DNA of 64,000 bases from NCBI GenBank assembly GCA_964016885.1, contig OZ024743.1:266042001-266106000 (forward strand), given 5' to 3'. A model generated the notes under the pieces. The model had not been told where the DNA came from and ran no database searches. It saw only the letters and a list, made by a program, of their open reading frames with translations. Positions 54,221 through 64,000 of the stretch are shown piece after piece. The position numbers were made by a program, and so were the translations under genes. This DNA is from Eledone cirrhosa (taxonomy: Eukaryota). Each line of letters starts with the position of its first letter. The first letter of the stretch is position 1.

Positions 54221-57200
54221 ATGACCTCACTCAGAATAGGCACCATAAATGCGCGTGGCTTGGGGTCGTCATGGAAGCAGGGTCACCTGCTCAACGACCT
54301 CAGGTCACTAAACATAGATGTAGTGGCCATCAGTGAGACCAGAATCTCCGAAGCACGGGCCTTCGCACCGATCTTCGGCGGCTACGATGTGTACGCATCT
54401 CCCAGCCGTCCTGGATCGGGTGGAGGAGTTGCTGTGCTTTTTCGGAGAGGTTTGGATCTCGCCCTACGGGCCATCTTCCTGGACCCAGAGGGTAAGCTGG
54501 TGGTGCTGGACGTGACCAGCGGAGACGGGCAAGCTTTCAGGCTAGTGGCCGTCTATGCCCCGACAGGAGCAGGGCAGCCTGATTTCTTACGGCGTCTGGA
54601 GAACTTTCTTCGAACGTCCCGCTCTTTAGTGTTAGTGGGCGACTGGAACGGGATCTTAGATGCACGCTGGGACTGTGTGGGATTAGCGGATAGGGGTGGA
54701 GGGTGCAAGAGCCTCACCAACCTGCTCAGGCGTTTTGAACTGTCTGACAGGTACCGATTGGATTTCCCGAATGTGCCAATGTGGACTTGGACAAACCGCA
54801 TAGGGTCATCCACATCATATCTAGATAGAGTATTTTGTAGGGAAATAGATAGGTCTAGCATAGGCTGTCCACAATTCAAGATAGTCAGCTACACGGACCA
54901 CAAATTCGTGATCTGTGTGCTTGACTTAGATAGGCTTCATAGACGAGGACCCGGCTACTGGAAGCTAAACGCGTCCTTACCAGCGCGCAAGGCCTGCAGA
55001 GACCGGATTAGCGAACTAGTTAAGCGGGCGTTGACGGGGGCCATCGTCAACAACAAGTGGTGGTTTGCTCTGAAAAGAGCGATTAGAATAGAATCGATTA
55101 GGTTTAGTAAGGCTTTAGCAATAGAGAAAAATAGAGCAGAGGGAGAACTAGTTAGAAAATTAGACGAGGCGCTTAGCAAAGGCATTGCGACCGACGTGCT
55201 TGCGGCGAAATTGGCCCTTGACCAATTCTTCAATGCAAAGCACGAAGGCTGCGTTGTCAGAGCAAGAATGCGTGCTCTCAGACACGAGGGGACGAAAGCC
55301 GTTCAATGGGCCCGAGTGGCGGAGGCGCGTCGTGGCAACAAAGCCACGATCCGGTCTTTGGTGGACCACGACGGGCGCATGCTACTCGATCCCGGGCAAA
55401 TGTGTGAAGCTTTTCAGCGACACTTCGCTCAGCTGTTCGGGGGCAGCGGTGGGCTGGGTAGAGGGATGGACTTTAGTGTCTACCTCGACGGACTGTCGCG
55501 GCTCTCGGCCACTGAGGCGAAGTGTTGCGAAAAGCCGATAACAGCCGCTGAAGTAAGGGAGGCAATGACTGGCTGCACAAGGGGTAAATCGCCTGGTTTG
55601 GATGGTCTGCCCTATGAACTTTACGTACAGATGCCAGACTTGTTCGGAGGCCTCTTGGCGGACGTCTACTGCAACTGGCAACAGAACGGGAGAATTCCCA
55701 GTTCTGTGAGCCGAGGAGCGGTGGCACTGCTGAGAAAGGATCCGAACAAGGGGGATAACATAGACAATTTCCGGCCCATAACTCTGCTAAACACAGAGTT
55801 CAAGATTTTGGCCAAAGTGCTAGCAAAGAGGTTGGCGCTTGTCGTTGGTGGTCCGGTGGGAGAGGCGCAGACATGCGCCATTCCCGACAGATCCATCCAC
55901 GACAACCTCCACCTCATGCGATACATCATAGAGAGGGTAGCTAAGGAACCTGGCACGGGTGGGTCCTTGATCAATTTAGATCAGTCGAAAGCTTTCGATA
56001 GGGTCGACCATCGTTACCTAGCGGCAGTCCTGAGGGCGGCTGGCTTTGGGCCCGTCATCAGAGGCTGGATCGCTGCCATGCACAGCGACATCTGCTCTGT
56101 GGTGAGAGTGAACGGTCACCTGTCGGAACCGTTCAACATCATGAGCTCGGTCCGCCAAGTATGTCACCTCTCGTCCCTCTTGTGCGTATTGACTCTCGAG
56201 CCATTACTGCACAAACTGGAGACGTTGAGGGGAGTCCCGCGCGAACTAGGATGCGGAAGATCCGTGTCAGCATATGCGGACGATGTCACCGTAGTGGTGT
56301 CGAACGCCAAACACATCGAGGCGATCGGCACTACACTAAGAGAATACAAAGCGGTGACAGGAGCAATGATCAACCAGGAAAAGTCAGTGGGCCTGCAGCT
56401 CGGCACCTGGAGAGGCAGGTCCATGCCGTCCAACAGTGTCGTCGGACGCTGGACGGACGGACCGGTTAAATTGCTAGGGGTCTGGTTCGGTCCGGACCTC
56501 CAGACGGACAAAAACTGGGGTGACGAGCAGGGTGGCTTCTCTCACCCAGAAATGGGCGGAGAGGAAGCTATCCCTGAAAGGTCGAGCGGAGGTGGCTAAC
56601 GCGTACATCGCGTCTGTCATCTGCTACCGCCTGACCGTCGTACCTTGTCCTAAGCCTCGCCTGACTGCGCTGGAGCGTTTGCTCTCTCGCTTTTTGTGGA
56701 AGGGACGTGCTCCGATGGTCAGGCGGTCCATCTGTTGTCAACACCCGCTACGTGGAGGGCTGGGCATGCCGTGGCTGATGATGCGCAGGCACGCGCTCAG
56801 GCTACGACATCTCCACCTCTTCCTCGACGGTGATCATGTGTGGTCGCCGTTTGCTAGGCGCGTATTTTCCCAGCTCCTTTCCTTGACGGAGCTGCAGTCC
56901 TGGGTCAAGCGAAGACCGAGAGGGAGCGCCTGGAGACTGGAATGTGTTCAGGCGCTCACAGCCCTCGACCAATCGGGCAATGTGATCGGTGGAAACTCCA
57001 CCTCAGCGTTCTATAGAGGATTAGTGGAGGGTATGAGCGACGACGTACTTGGGGAAACTCTAGGCGTCGACGAAAATCAACTAGCCAATCTCTTCGGAAG
57101 AACTTTCGGGCCGGGGCCTATGGACAACTTCCAGAAATCTCTGGCCTGGCAGTGCTACCGAGGAGCCATGCCAGTTCGGGATAAACTCTACAGGCATGGA

Positions 57201-57635
57201 GGTGCCGTCAGCCGGGCATGTCCGAGATGCGCGCAGGGCGACGAAACCGTCCTGTACGCACTCGTCCAGTGTCCGAAAATTGCTGACTTGTGGGTTTATG
57301 TCAAACACCTGCTGTCGCGTTTAGGACGGATCCGGCTATCATCTGAGTCCATCGTGAGGATTGCCCCGCCCTCCTCCTTTAGCCGGGAAGGGCAGGCAGT
57401 TTTTATCTGTCTGGTGGCCATGGCGAAAGAGATAGTATGGTGGACACGTTTGAAAGGGCTGAAGACGAGCACTTACCTCTTCGGTGATGCTCTCATTGAC
57501 TTTTTCAAATTTCATTTGAAAAGGAAAATCAGAGTAGAGAGGGAAGTGCTCTCTTCCCAGCATTTTGTTGAAAGATGGGTGAGAGAAGCAAGAATGGCCC
57601 GAGTGAATGGGCCTACTCTGAGTATATATCTGTAA
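54221..57635 (+). pseudogene. Tx1 ORF2: APE endonuclease, RT and C-terminal zinc finger; frameshift near 56520
   Basis: Motifs IGTINARGL, ISET, VGDWN, YLDR, TDH, PGYWKLNAS, KSPGLDGLP, RPITLLN, DQSKAFDRVDH, SAYADD and CPRC...ETV.YAL..C. Confidence 0.92.
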
Positions 57636-57902
57636 ATTAAAGGTGGAAAACTGGGAGAGGGCACTTGCCTTGGTGGTCAGGGTCATTGTGGCTTTTTACT
57701 GGGCTCTCTCCACAAATGTCCCTCCGAAGTCTCCCCCCTATTGGGGAATTTTTCATTGTTATTTTCATTGTTATTTTTGTTACATCCTCTGTTTTTGTTT
57801 TTTACACGCAGAAATGCCCATTTGTACCGTCCTGCATTGTCCTGCACTGTCCTTAATGTCTACTTTATGTAAACCCTTGTGGTTAATAAAGAAATCCTTA
57901 TT

Positions 57903-57946
<44 letters not shown>

Positions 57947-58020
57947 GGTTATTATTATTATTATTATGGTTGTGGTTCATCATGCTGTTGCTGCTGCTTT
58001 TAATAATATTATTATTGAAA

Positions 58021-58089
58021 ATAAAGTACAAGTAATGCACTGGGTAATTGCTGGCCTTTTGCCTAAAGTAGAAACAATTATTATTGAAA
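58021..58089 (+). mobile_element. Isolated SINE 3' tail right after the Tx1
   Basis: ataaagtac.agtaatgcactgggtaattgctggcctt.tgcctaaagtagaaacaattattattgaa matches 49774-49835. Confidence 0.8.
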
Positions 58090-58394
58090 TGTAGATTGGC
58101 TTATGACTAACTCAATATATAATGGATGATAGTGCGTGTATTTACATGCCAGATCAATTTTGCTGTGTTTCGAATAGAATACTGACTATTAAAATATAGT
58201 TTGTCGTAGCATACTCTTCTTAAGTACAAATCTTTCTGATTAATACTCTGTTCAAAATTCTAGCATGGAATGCTAGCGACAATAGCATCCCGTAAATATT
58301 GGCTTTATTCTTATTTAGTTGTTATACTTCGATTCTATAAAACCACATACAAAAATATATTATCCACGTATACGGAACATATATATTAAACTAG

Positions 58395-58838
58395 AAAGAA
58401 ATATGTAGGAATCGGGCTGATTGCCCCCTATCCGGGAAATGCCTCTCTAGTAACATTGTCTACAAATGTAAGGTTGTAACACCCGCGTCCCGTAGGGCCT
58501 ACATAGGGTTAACCGCCAATAGTTTCAAGCAGCGTCTTTACATGCATACCCATTCTTTTCGTTACCCTCTAAGAAGGAATATGACGTCACTTTCAGCTTA
58601 TATCTGGAGTCTAAAAGACAACCACACCCAATATAAGTTACACTGGGAGATCCTAGCTAGGGCTAGATCGTATAACGGAAATAAAAGACCATGTGACCTC
58701 TGCGCCACTGAGGCCCTGGAAATACGCTACGCTACAGACCACATCTTAAACAAAAAATCTGAGGCAATTTCGGCTTGTAAACATAAATTGCACAAAACTT
58801 TTCTGTATTACAGCCCCACGTTATACCCTAACGGATAG
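58395..58838 (+). CDS. PLE GIY-YIG endonuclease fragment (second PLE lineage)
   Basis: In frame upstream of the listed ORF: CRNRADCPLSGKCLSSNIVYKC...AYIGLTANSFKQR..H. Continues TSLSAYIW, CDLC..E and LNKKSE...CKHK. Confidence 0.85.
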   Translation, partial: KEICRNRADCPLSGKCLSSNIVYKCKVVTPASRRAYIGLTANSFKQRLYMHTHSFRYPLRRNMTSLSAYIWSLKDNHTQYKLHWEILARARSYNGNKRPCDLCATEALEIRYATDHILNKKSEAISACKHKLHKTFLYYSPTLYPNG

Positions 58839-59824
58839 CACGATCTATACGTGGATATTTTACGTCTTGATGTGGGAGCTAAGTATATGTTTTGTTTATT
58901 CCTTTACTTATTTGCATAGGTAAGTATATATTACCCGTATGTTTTGTGAAGGTATGTATACCTTCTCGTACGTATATTTGACTGTTATAGCGTATAATTT
59001 TTACATATTCTGGTATTTAGGGTTTGGCTATGTGTATACGGGAGTTTTGCGTCCGCGTGAGTGTGCAGGTTCGTACGTATGGTGGGTGTGTGTATATGTG
59101 TACTTCTTGTTTTAGTTGACTTACGTCTCCGAATATTCGTGTATTTATATGTAGGTATGCGTGTGCGCTTGTTATATTTGCTTATATACGTTTATATAAT
59201 TATTTATTTATTTGGACACAAGCATACACACACACACATATTTATATGTGCGTGGTTTTGTATACCCTTGGTAAGGTTTTGCGTATGCTTGTGTATGTAC
59301 GTATCTGTTTGCGTGTATGTATTTATTTGTTCCTATTACTTCTGTATTGTATTTATTTACTTTGTTCTTAACTCTGTAGCGGAGATTCATTTGGTCTCCT
59401 AGTTAGAATTTTAGTCTACGATTTCTGCTATACCATTTACGTGGTTTTGTCTTTGCGTGCTATTGTTCTCCACGCTCCACATATGACTTGTTATCTTCGT
59501 TTTTTCGTCCATTGCCAGAGAACGTCTCTATGCACCACCTAAGAGAACATTAGTCTACGACCTCTTTTATACCATAAACGTGGTTTTGTCTTTGCGCGTA
59601 ATTGTTTTTCACCGCTCCTATTAATGACGTGTTATTCGTTTTTTCCTGTTCTTTGCCAGCGAACGTTACCACGAACCAAAGTATCGTCTTCCTGTCTTCC
59701 TCCGGTTGCAACGTTTTTTTGAAATATCCAGTTCTGCGTTTACAGATTGACTTTGTTAGTTTCAGAAGATCCCGTTAAGGGTGAAAGCAGCGATTCTTTG
59801 CTTAAACTTTAATCTGTTATTTTA

Positions 59825-59830
<6 letters not shown>
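58395..59830 (+). mobile_element. 5'-truncated PLE with long 3' region
   Basis: GIY-YIG followed by a TG-rich spacer, a ~140 bp tandem duplication (59411/59550) and a pLTR end shared with 17887-17960, ending in (TA)n. Confidence 0.7.
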
Positions 59831-59887
<57 letters not shown>

Positions 59888-62800
59888 CGCATGTACACAT
59901 AAACACATGTGTACGCGGGAATGTCTGCATGTGTGCTTAAAACATCTCCAATTTAAACCACATACAGGTACCCCATTGTATGCCTACACACATGCATGTA
60001 TACATTGCACACATTTATATGCATAGAGATTCATGAATATAATTATATATAGAAAGAAAAGAAAGAGAAAGAAAAAGCAAGAATAGGTAAATGCAATTAT
60101 ATTTGAGCGTACATTTCTGTGCACGCATGCGTGTGTTGACTAGTTTCTCTCACTTCAAATCTGACAGGCGTGTTCATAGATATCTAGAAATAATTATAAG
60201 TATAAACATGTTATTTGTTATCTGTAAGAACCTGGCCAGCAGGATCGATTAAAGGAAAATAGTAGGCTACTTGTTGTTATTAGATAATATCCTCCATTGA
60301 AAACAAGACTTTTATGGTTGTTTTCATTCTTGCCTTTCAGCTAAACATGTCAGGGTAATCATTCTTTTGACTTATATATTCAATTAATTCAACAGCTTGC
60401 TTTTACTGTTACATATAACATTCCTCTTCAAATATATTTTGCCAATTTACCTCGAGTTTGTTGCAAAAATATGGAGAAAAAAGAAGCTATTGTCGATCGT
60501 TGAAGAGTAAAACGGAATGTGACTCGACGGAGAATTCTATTAACTGTGCCACTTCATAGATGTTACTTTCTTTAGTATCCATCTATTTTCTTTTAATCTC
60601 TAATATTTACCTTTTTGCTAATTTGTTTCATTGGTTTTATATAATGAAATGCATTTTTTTCAAAACAACAAAATATTAACATAAACTCAAAACGAAGAAA
60701 AATCCATCTCTAAAAGGAAATGGTTAGATTCTTGATTCAAATAATTGCCTATTCTAAATTTAAGGAATACACAAGGTTTCCCTTTGATAATATATTCATC
60801 CAAGAAACATGGTGAATTTAGATACTCTATTTACCTCTTGACAGACAAATCTCTTCATATAGCACAAAACTTCAAAGTGACAAATATTAGCAAGTATTTT
60901 AATATATAGCAAATAGGAGTAAATATATTTCTGTGTATTCAATCATTATAACGCAAAAACACTTCATTTCTTGTTTCATAGCGATTTCTGCGTTTAATCA
61001 ATCAAGGTACTATTTGCAAACACGATTTTAAGTGGACGTTTTCGTTTTCCTCTTCACATATTTGTTTTGTATCTTCTTCCAACCGAATATAAACTATTTT
61101 CTATTTCTCTATTCGTGTGCCAAATATAATTGTGTATGCTGCTCTGCTAACATTCAAAATATTTCAACTTTACGTAGTCCTGCAATTTCTTTGGCAGATA
61201 CTTCAAAATAGAACAACAACAAAACTATACTAAAGCAAATCGAGCTGTCTATGTTACAAAACATCGTATATAAACTTAAATCAGTAGATCTCCATTGACT
61301 TCGAATGTGTATTCAGATGTTTGATCAACTAAATCATCTGGTTATGGAATTCGCTTGTAAATTATATAGTTTTCCACTGAAACGCATAATTTCAGGCTGA
61401 ATAAGCGTGACAGTCTAACAAGGTTGAACATTTCAATTACAGGTATAGTCTATCAGTCGAGCTTCTATACAGTTTCTGTGTTTTCAAAAGGATGGGATTA
61501 CCTCCTAGTTATTTTCCCATATATTTACGCGAAATCCCAGGCAATGGGAATGGCCATGTGATCTTGTGTTTCAAGGGGAATTTTAAAAACCTAGGCGATG
61601 CTGCACTTACACCTCTACAAACACTCACACAATCATAGACTGAATCTGCTGATCTCCATTTAACTCAATGATGGAAAAATATTGAAAGTTGCACATACAG
61701 ATGTACATTGCAAGGCCGACATTTGTTTCAAACGACATTAACCTAAGAAGCTATACAACCTTCCTTAATGAGGAAGTATTTATATAGTGGTCGTTTGACA
61801 GGAATACCAGTCTCATCTCCTTCAAATCATATCCCGCTAATTCATCTTCTTAATATCATTCCATACCTATTTTGCATATCAACTCCTTCTTTGATAGCTT
61901 CAATCACATATATTCTTCTATTTAAAGACATTTCTAGACCGACTCTTCTCAAAGTTTGGAGAAATGGGGACCAAGCGTGGTCCAGAGTATTTCATCTGAT
62001 AATGCATTGTAGCCGAGTATAGACGGTGATAGATAGAAACAGAAAACAGACAGATAAAGACACAAGAATTGACTCCAGCACGTGTTGTACTTTCTCAATA
62101 AACCAGAACAGCATGAAAGGGGAAGGCGAACTTTTGCGGGACGTGAACTCGAAGTGTAGATAAATGTAACAAATACTATAAGATATTGTACCTGAGTCAT
62201 TAACGACGCTGCCATTTCACCTACTAAATATCATATCTTAAGAATTGTAAAAACAAAAAGAGAAGTTGTTTAACATTTCTCTTTAGGTAAAAGACACGAA
62301 GATCACATAAGGTTTTCCTTTCGTTATAGCTCAGCTGGATGAAGATGTAACTGAAAATGACCATAATCATAGTATCTACTATCGGAAAATAAAGGAATCA
62401 GAATATTTCATCACTTCCATAGCTTGGCTACCAAATCTGGTGGTAGCTAACGCGGAAGGTAACCTCGAACTGTAAATATAGTCTTACTACTTCGGAAGAG
62501 TAGATCCTATTAAAGTCAACCAGTGGTCAGGTGCAGCTTTTAAGCCGGATGATTAATTAGATCTAAGTAGGCTAAAGCAGAATTTGAATTCAGCAAGTAA
62601 AAACATCGGAAAATATTGCGAGGCATCACAACGGACACTTGCTCAAACCATTTCCCCAGTCCACTACCCTAAAATGGTATGCTATTTATTAACATCTAAA
62701 GATTGAAAGGTAAATTTTACCTCGGTTATATTTGAACACTGATTGCAGAAAATGCAGTAATTCATTTTGTTTGATGCTCTGAAGCTTCTGACAATTCGTA

Positions 62801-63974
62801 GCTCAAATCGATTTTAACGGCGAATGGTCCAGTTGTTACATCATGAAATTAACGCGTGGGTGGTTGCACATTGCAGCGACACGGGTCCACTTAGCGAAAT
62901 TCCCAGTAAACTTCAGCGTGACACAAGGTGACAAGGATGGTACTTTGATTTACAAGTTCAGTCTATCCGACGGGCTTACAAATAATTTCACGTACATTAC
63001 AGGGGTCACCCCAAGGCTTAGGTAAATGTCAATCATGAGATTTCACGCAGTGGACTCGAACTTAATTATGCTGCGTCCCCCACTCTCTAAAATATATTTG
63101 AAATGAATACTTAAGGAATTTATATATAAAAGCAGGCGCACAGGCACAGAATTGTGGCCCCTCTCAGACTTGATCAAATTTAAGCATTGAAGTAGGTTGT
63201 ACTTCTCTCTCTTCATTACTGGGGGATTCTCGATGAAATGAAATATTTCGCCCCAAAACATAAAATTATTGATTAATATTTCTCATATTATATTCTGGTT
63301 TGATAAATGTATGTAGCAATCCTTAGGAACCGGAAATCTTCTATTCAGTAATATTCCGATATATCTTGGGAACAAAGAGTAAACAAATTGGATAGAGTCC
63401 GCAGTGCTTAGATCAACACTTCCTTTGCTTCGACTATCTCGATGCCATGACATAAATGTTTTACAGCAGGGGGAGATATATTTGTGCAGTAAAATACAGC
63501 CGGGATACCCAATCAATTGCCACTTGTTCCACCAATTACTGATTTTAACCCGTCAGTTTTAGGAAAACTACCGTTGAAAAATGAAATACATTACCAATTA
63601 CTGATTCTTTAGATCTTCTCAAGTCAGTGTAGCAGATTTAAATTAGAAACGATCTTGGTATTGAAAAATCTTGGTATGATAAATCTTTGACCGCCTAAAT
63701 TTTTATTTGGAATGCGGGGACATGTAAAGAGAAAGAGAATGTGTGTTGCAACGAATACTGAAATTAATACCTCACAAGGTATCTTGAATTCTGATGTTTC
63801 TTGTAACTAATATAGAGTTATCATTTACATAATGTTGGGGCTTTTACTTAACCACTGATATCAGCCATGAGAGGGTTGAACTATTCTGAAAAGCATTTCA
63901 ACTGTGAGAACCTCATACTATTAGAGATATGTGCTGTTAGCAAATTCCATTTTTCATTTTTTTTTTTATTATAG

Positions 63975-64000
63975 GTGACAGGGTTCATTTGAGGGAGTTT
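63975..64000 (+). CDS. Possible start of another host exon
   Basis: Long T tract plus 'tag' at 63972-63974, then an open phase-1 frame (G)DRVHLREF. Truncated by the window end. Confidence 0.3.

Larger units (their letters stand above)
51851..57894 (+). mobile_element. Near full-length Tx1/L1-clade LINE
   Basis: Structured 5' UTR, ORF1 with CCHC knuckle, ORF2 APE-RT-zinc finger, 3' UTR ending aataaagaaa, then (ATT)n. Confidence 0.92.

Noticed and set aside
52168-57686. Minus-strand ORFs over the Tx1 and other LINEs
   Set aside because: They are antisense shadows of GC-richer coding sequence with no independent motifs.
60341-60354. Possible 14-nt microexon (tttcag|ctaaacatgtcagg|gtaatc)
   Set aside because: Good acceptor but weak donor, and too short to support without transcript data.
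63545-63881. piggyBac-like MITE (ttaaccc...gggttga)
   Set aside because: Terminal match is too short and the TTAA duplication is imperfect.

Overview
This is AT-rich, microsatellite-dense animal DNA. The SINE/LINE content and repeat density suggest a coleoid cephalopod such as Octopus (inference). It looks mostly intronic. One convincing host exon was found (C-terminal half of a CUB domain, 27184-27333, + strand), plus two weak exon candidates. The rest is mobile DNA: RTE, CR1, R4/Dong and Tx1 LINEs, MetaSINE-like SINEs, three Helitron derivatives and two coding Penelope-like elements (PLEs). The most striking signal is invisible in the ORF track: about 16 type I hammerhead ribozyme (HHR) motifs from at least six unrelated non-coding repeat families, read by eye on both strands. 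The best case is a ~2.9-copy head-to-tail array of a 591-592 nt non-coding unit (3546-5268). Each unit carries a minus-strand HHR with a compensatory U3:A8 core, a palindromic stem III and a branched loop II, which fits a retrozyme or circular-RNA retroelement. Other HHR families occur as TA-flanked inverted pairs resembling PLE pseudo-LTRs. Also notable are a nested (ATT)n/SINE-tail hotspot used by both Tx1 and R4/Dong, and a head-to-head Helitron pair carrying complementary Rep and PIF1 halves. All structures were folded by eye; no searches were run, and element boundaries are approximate.
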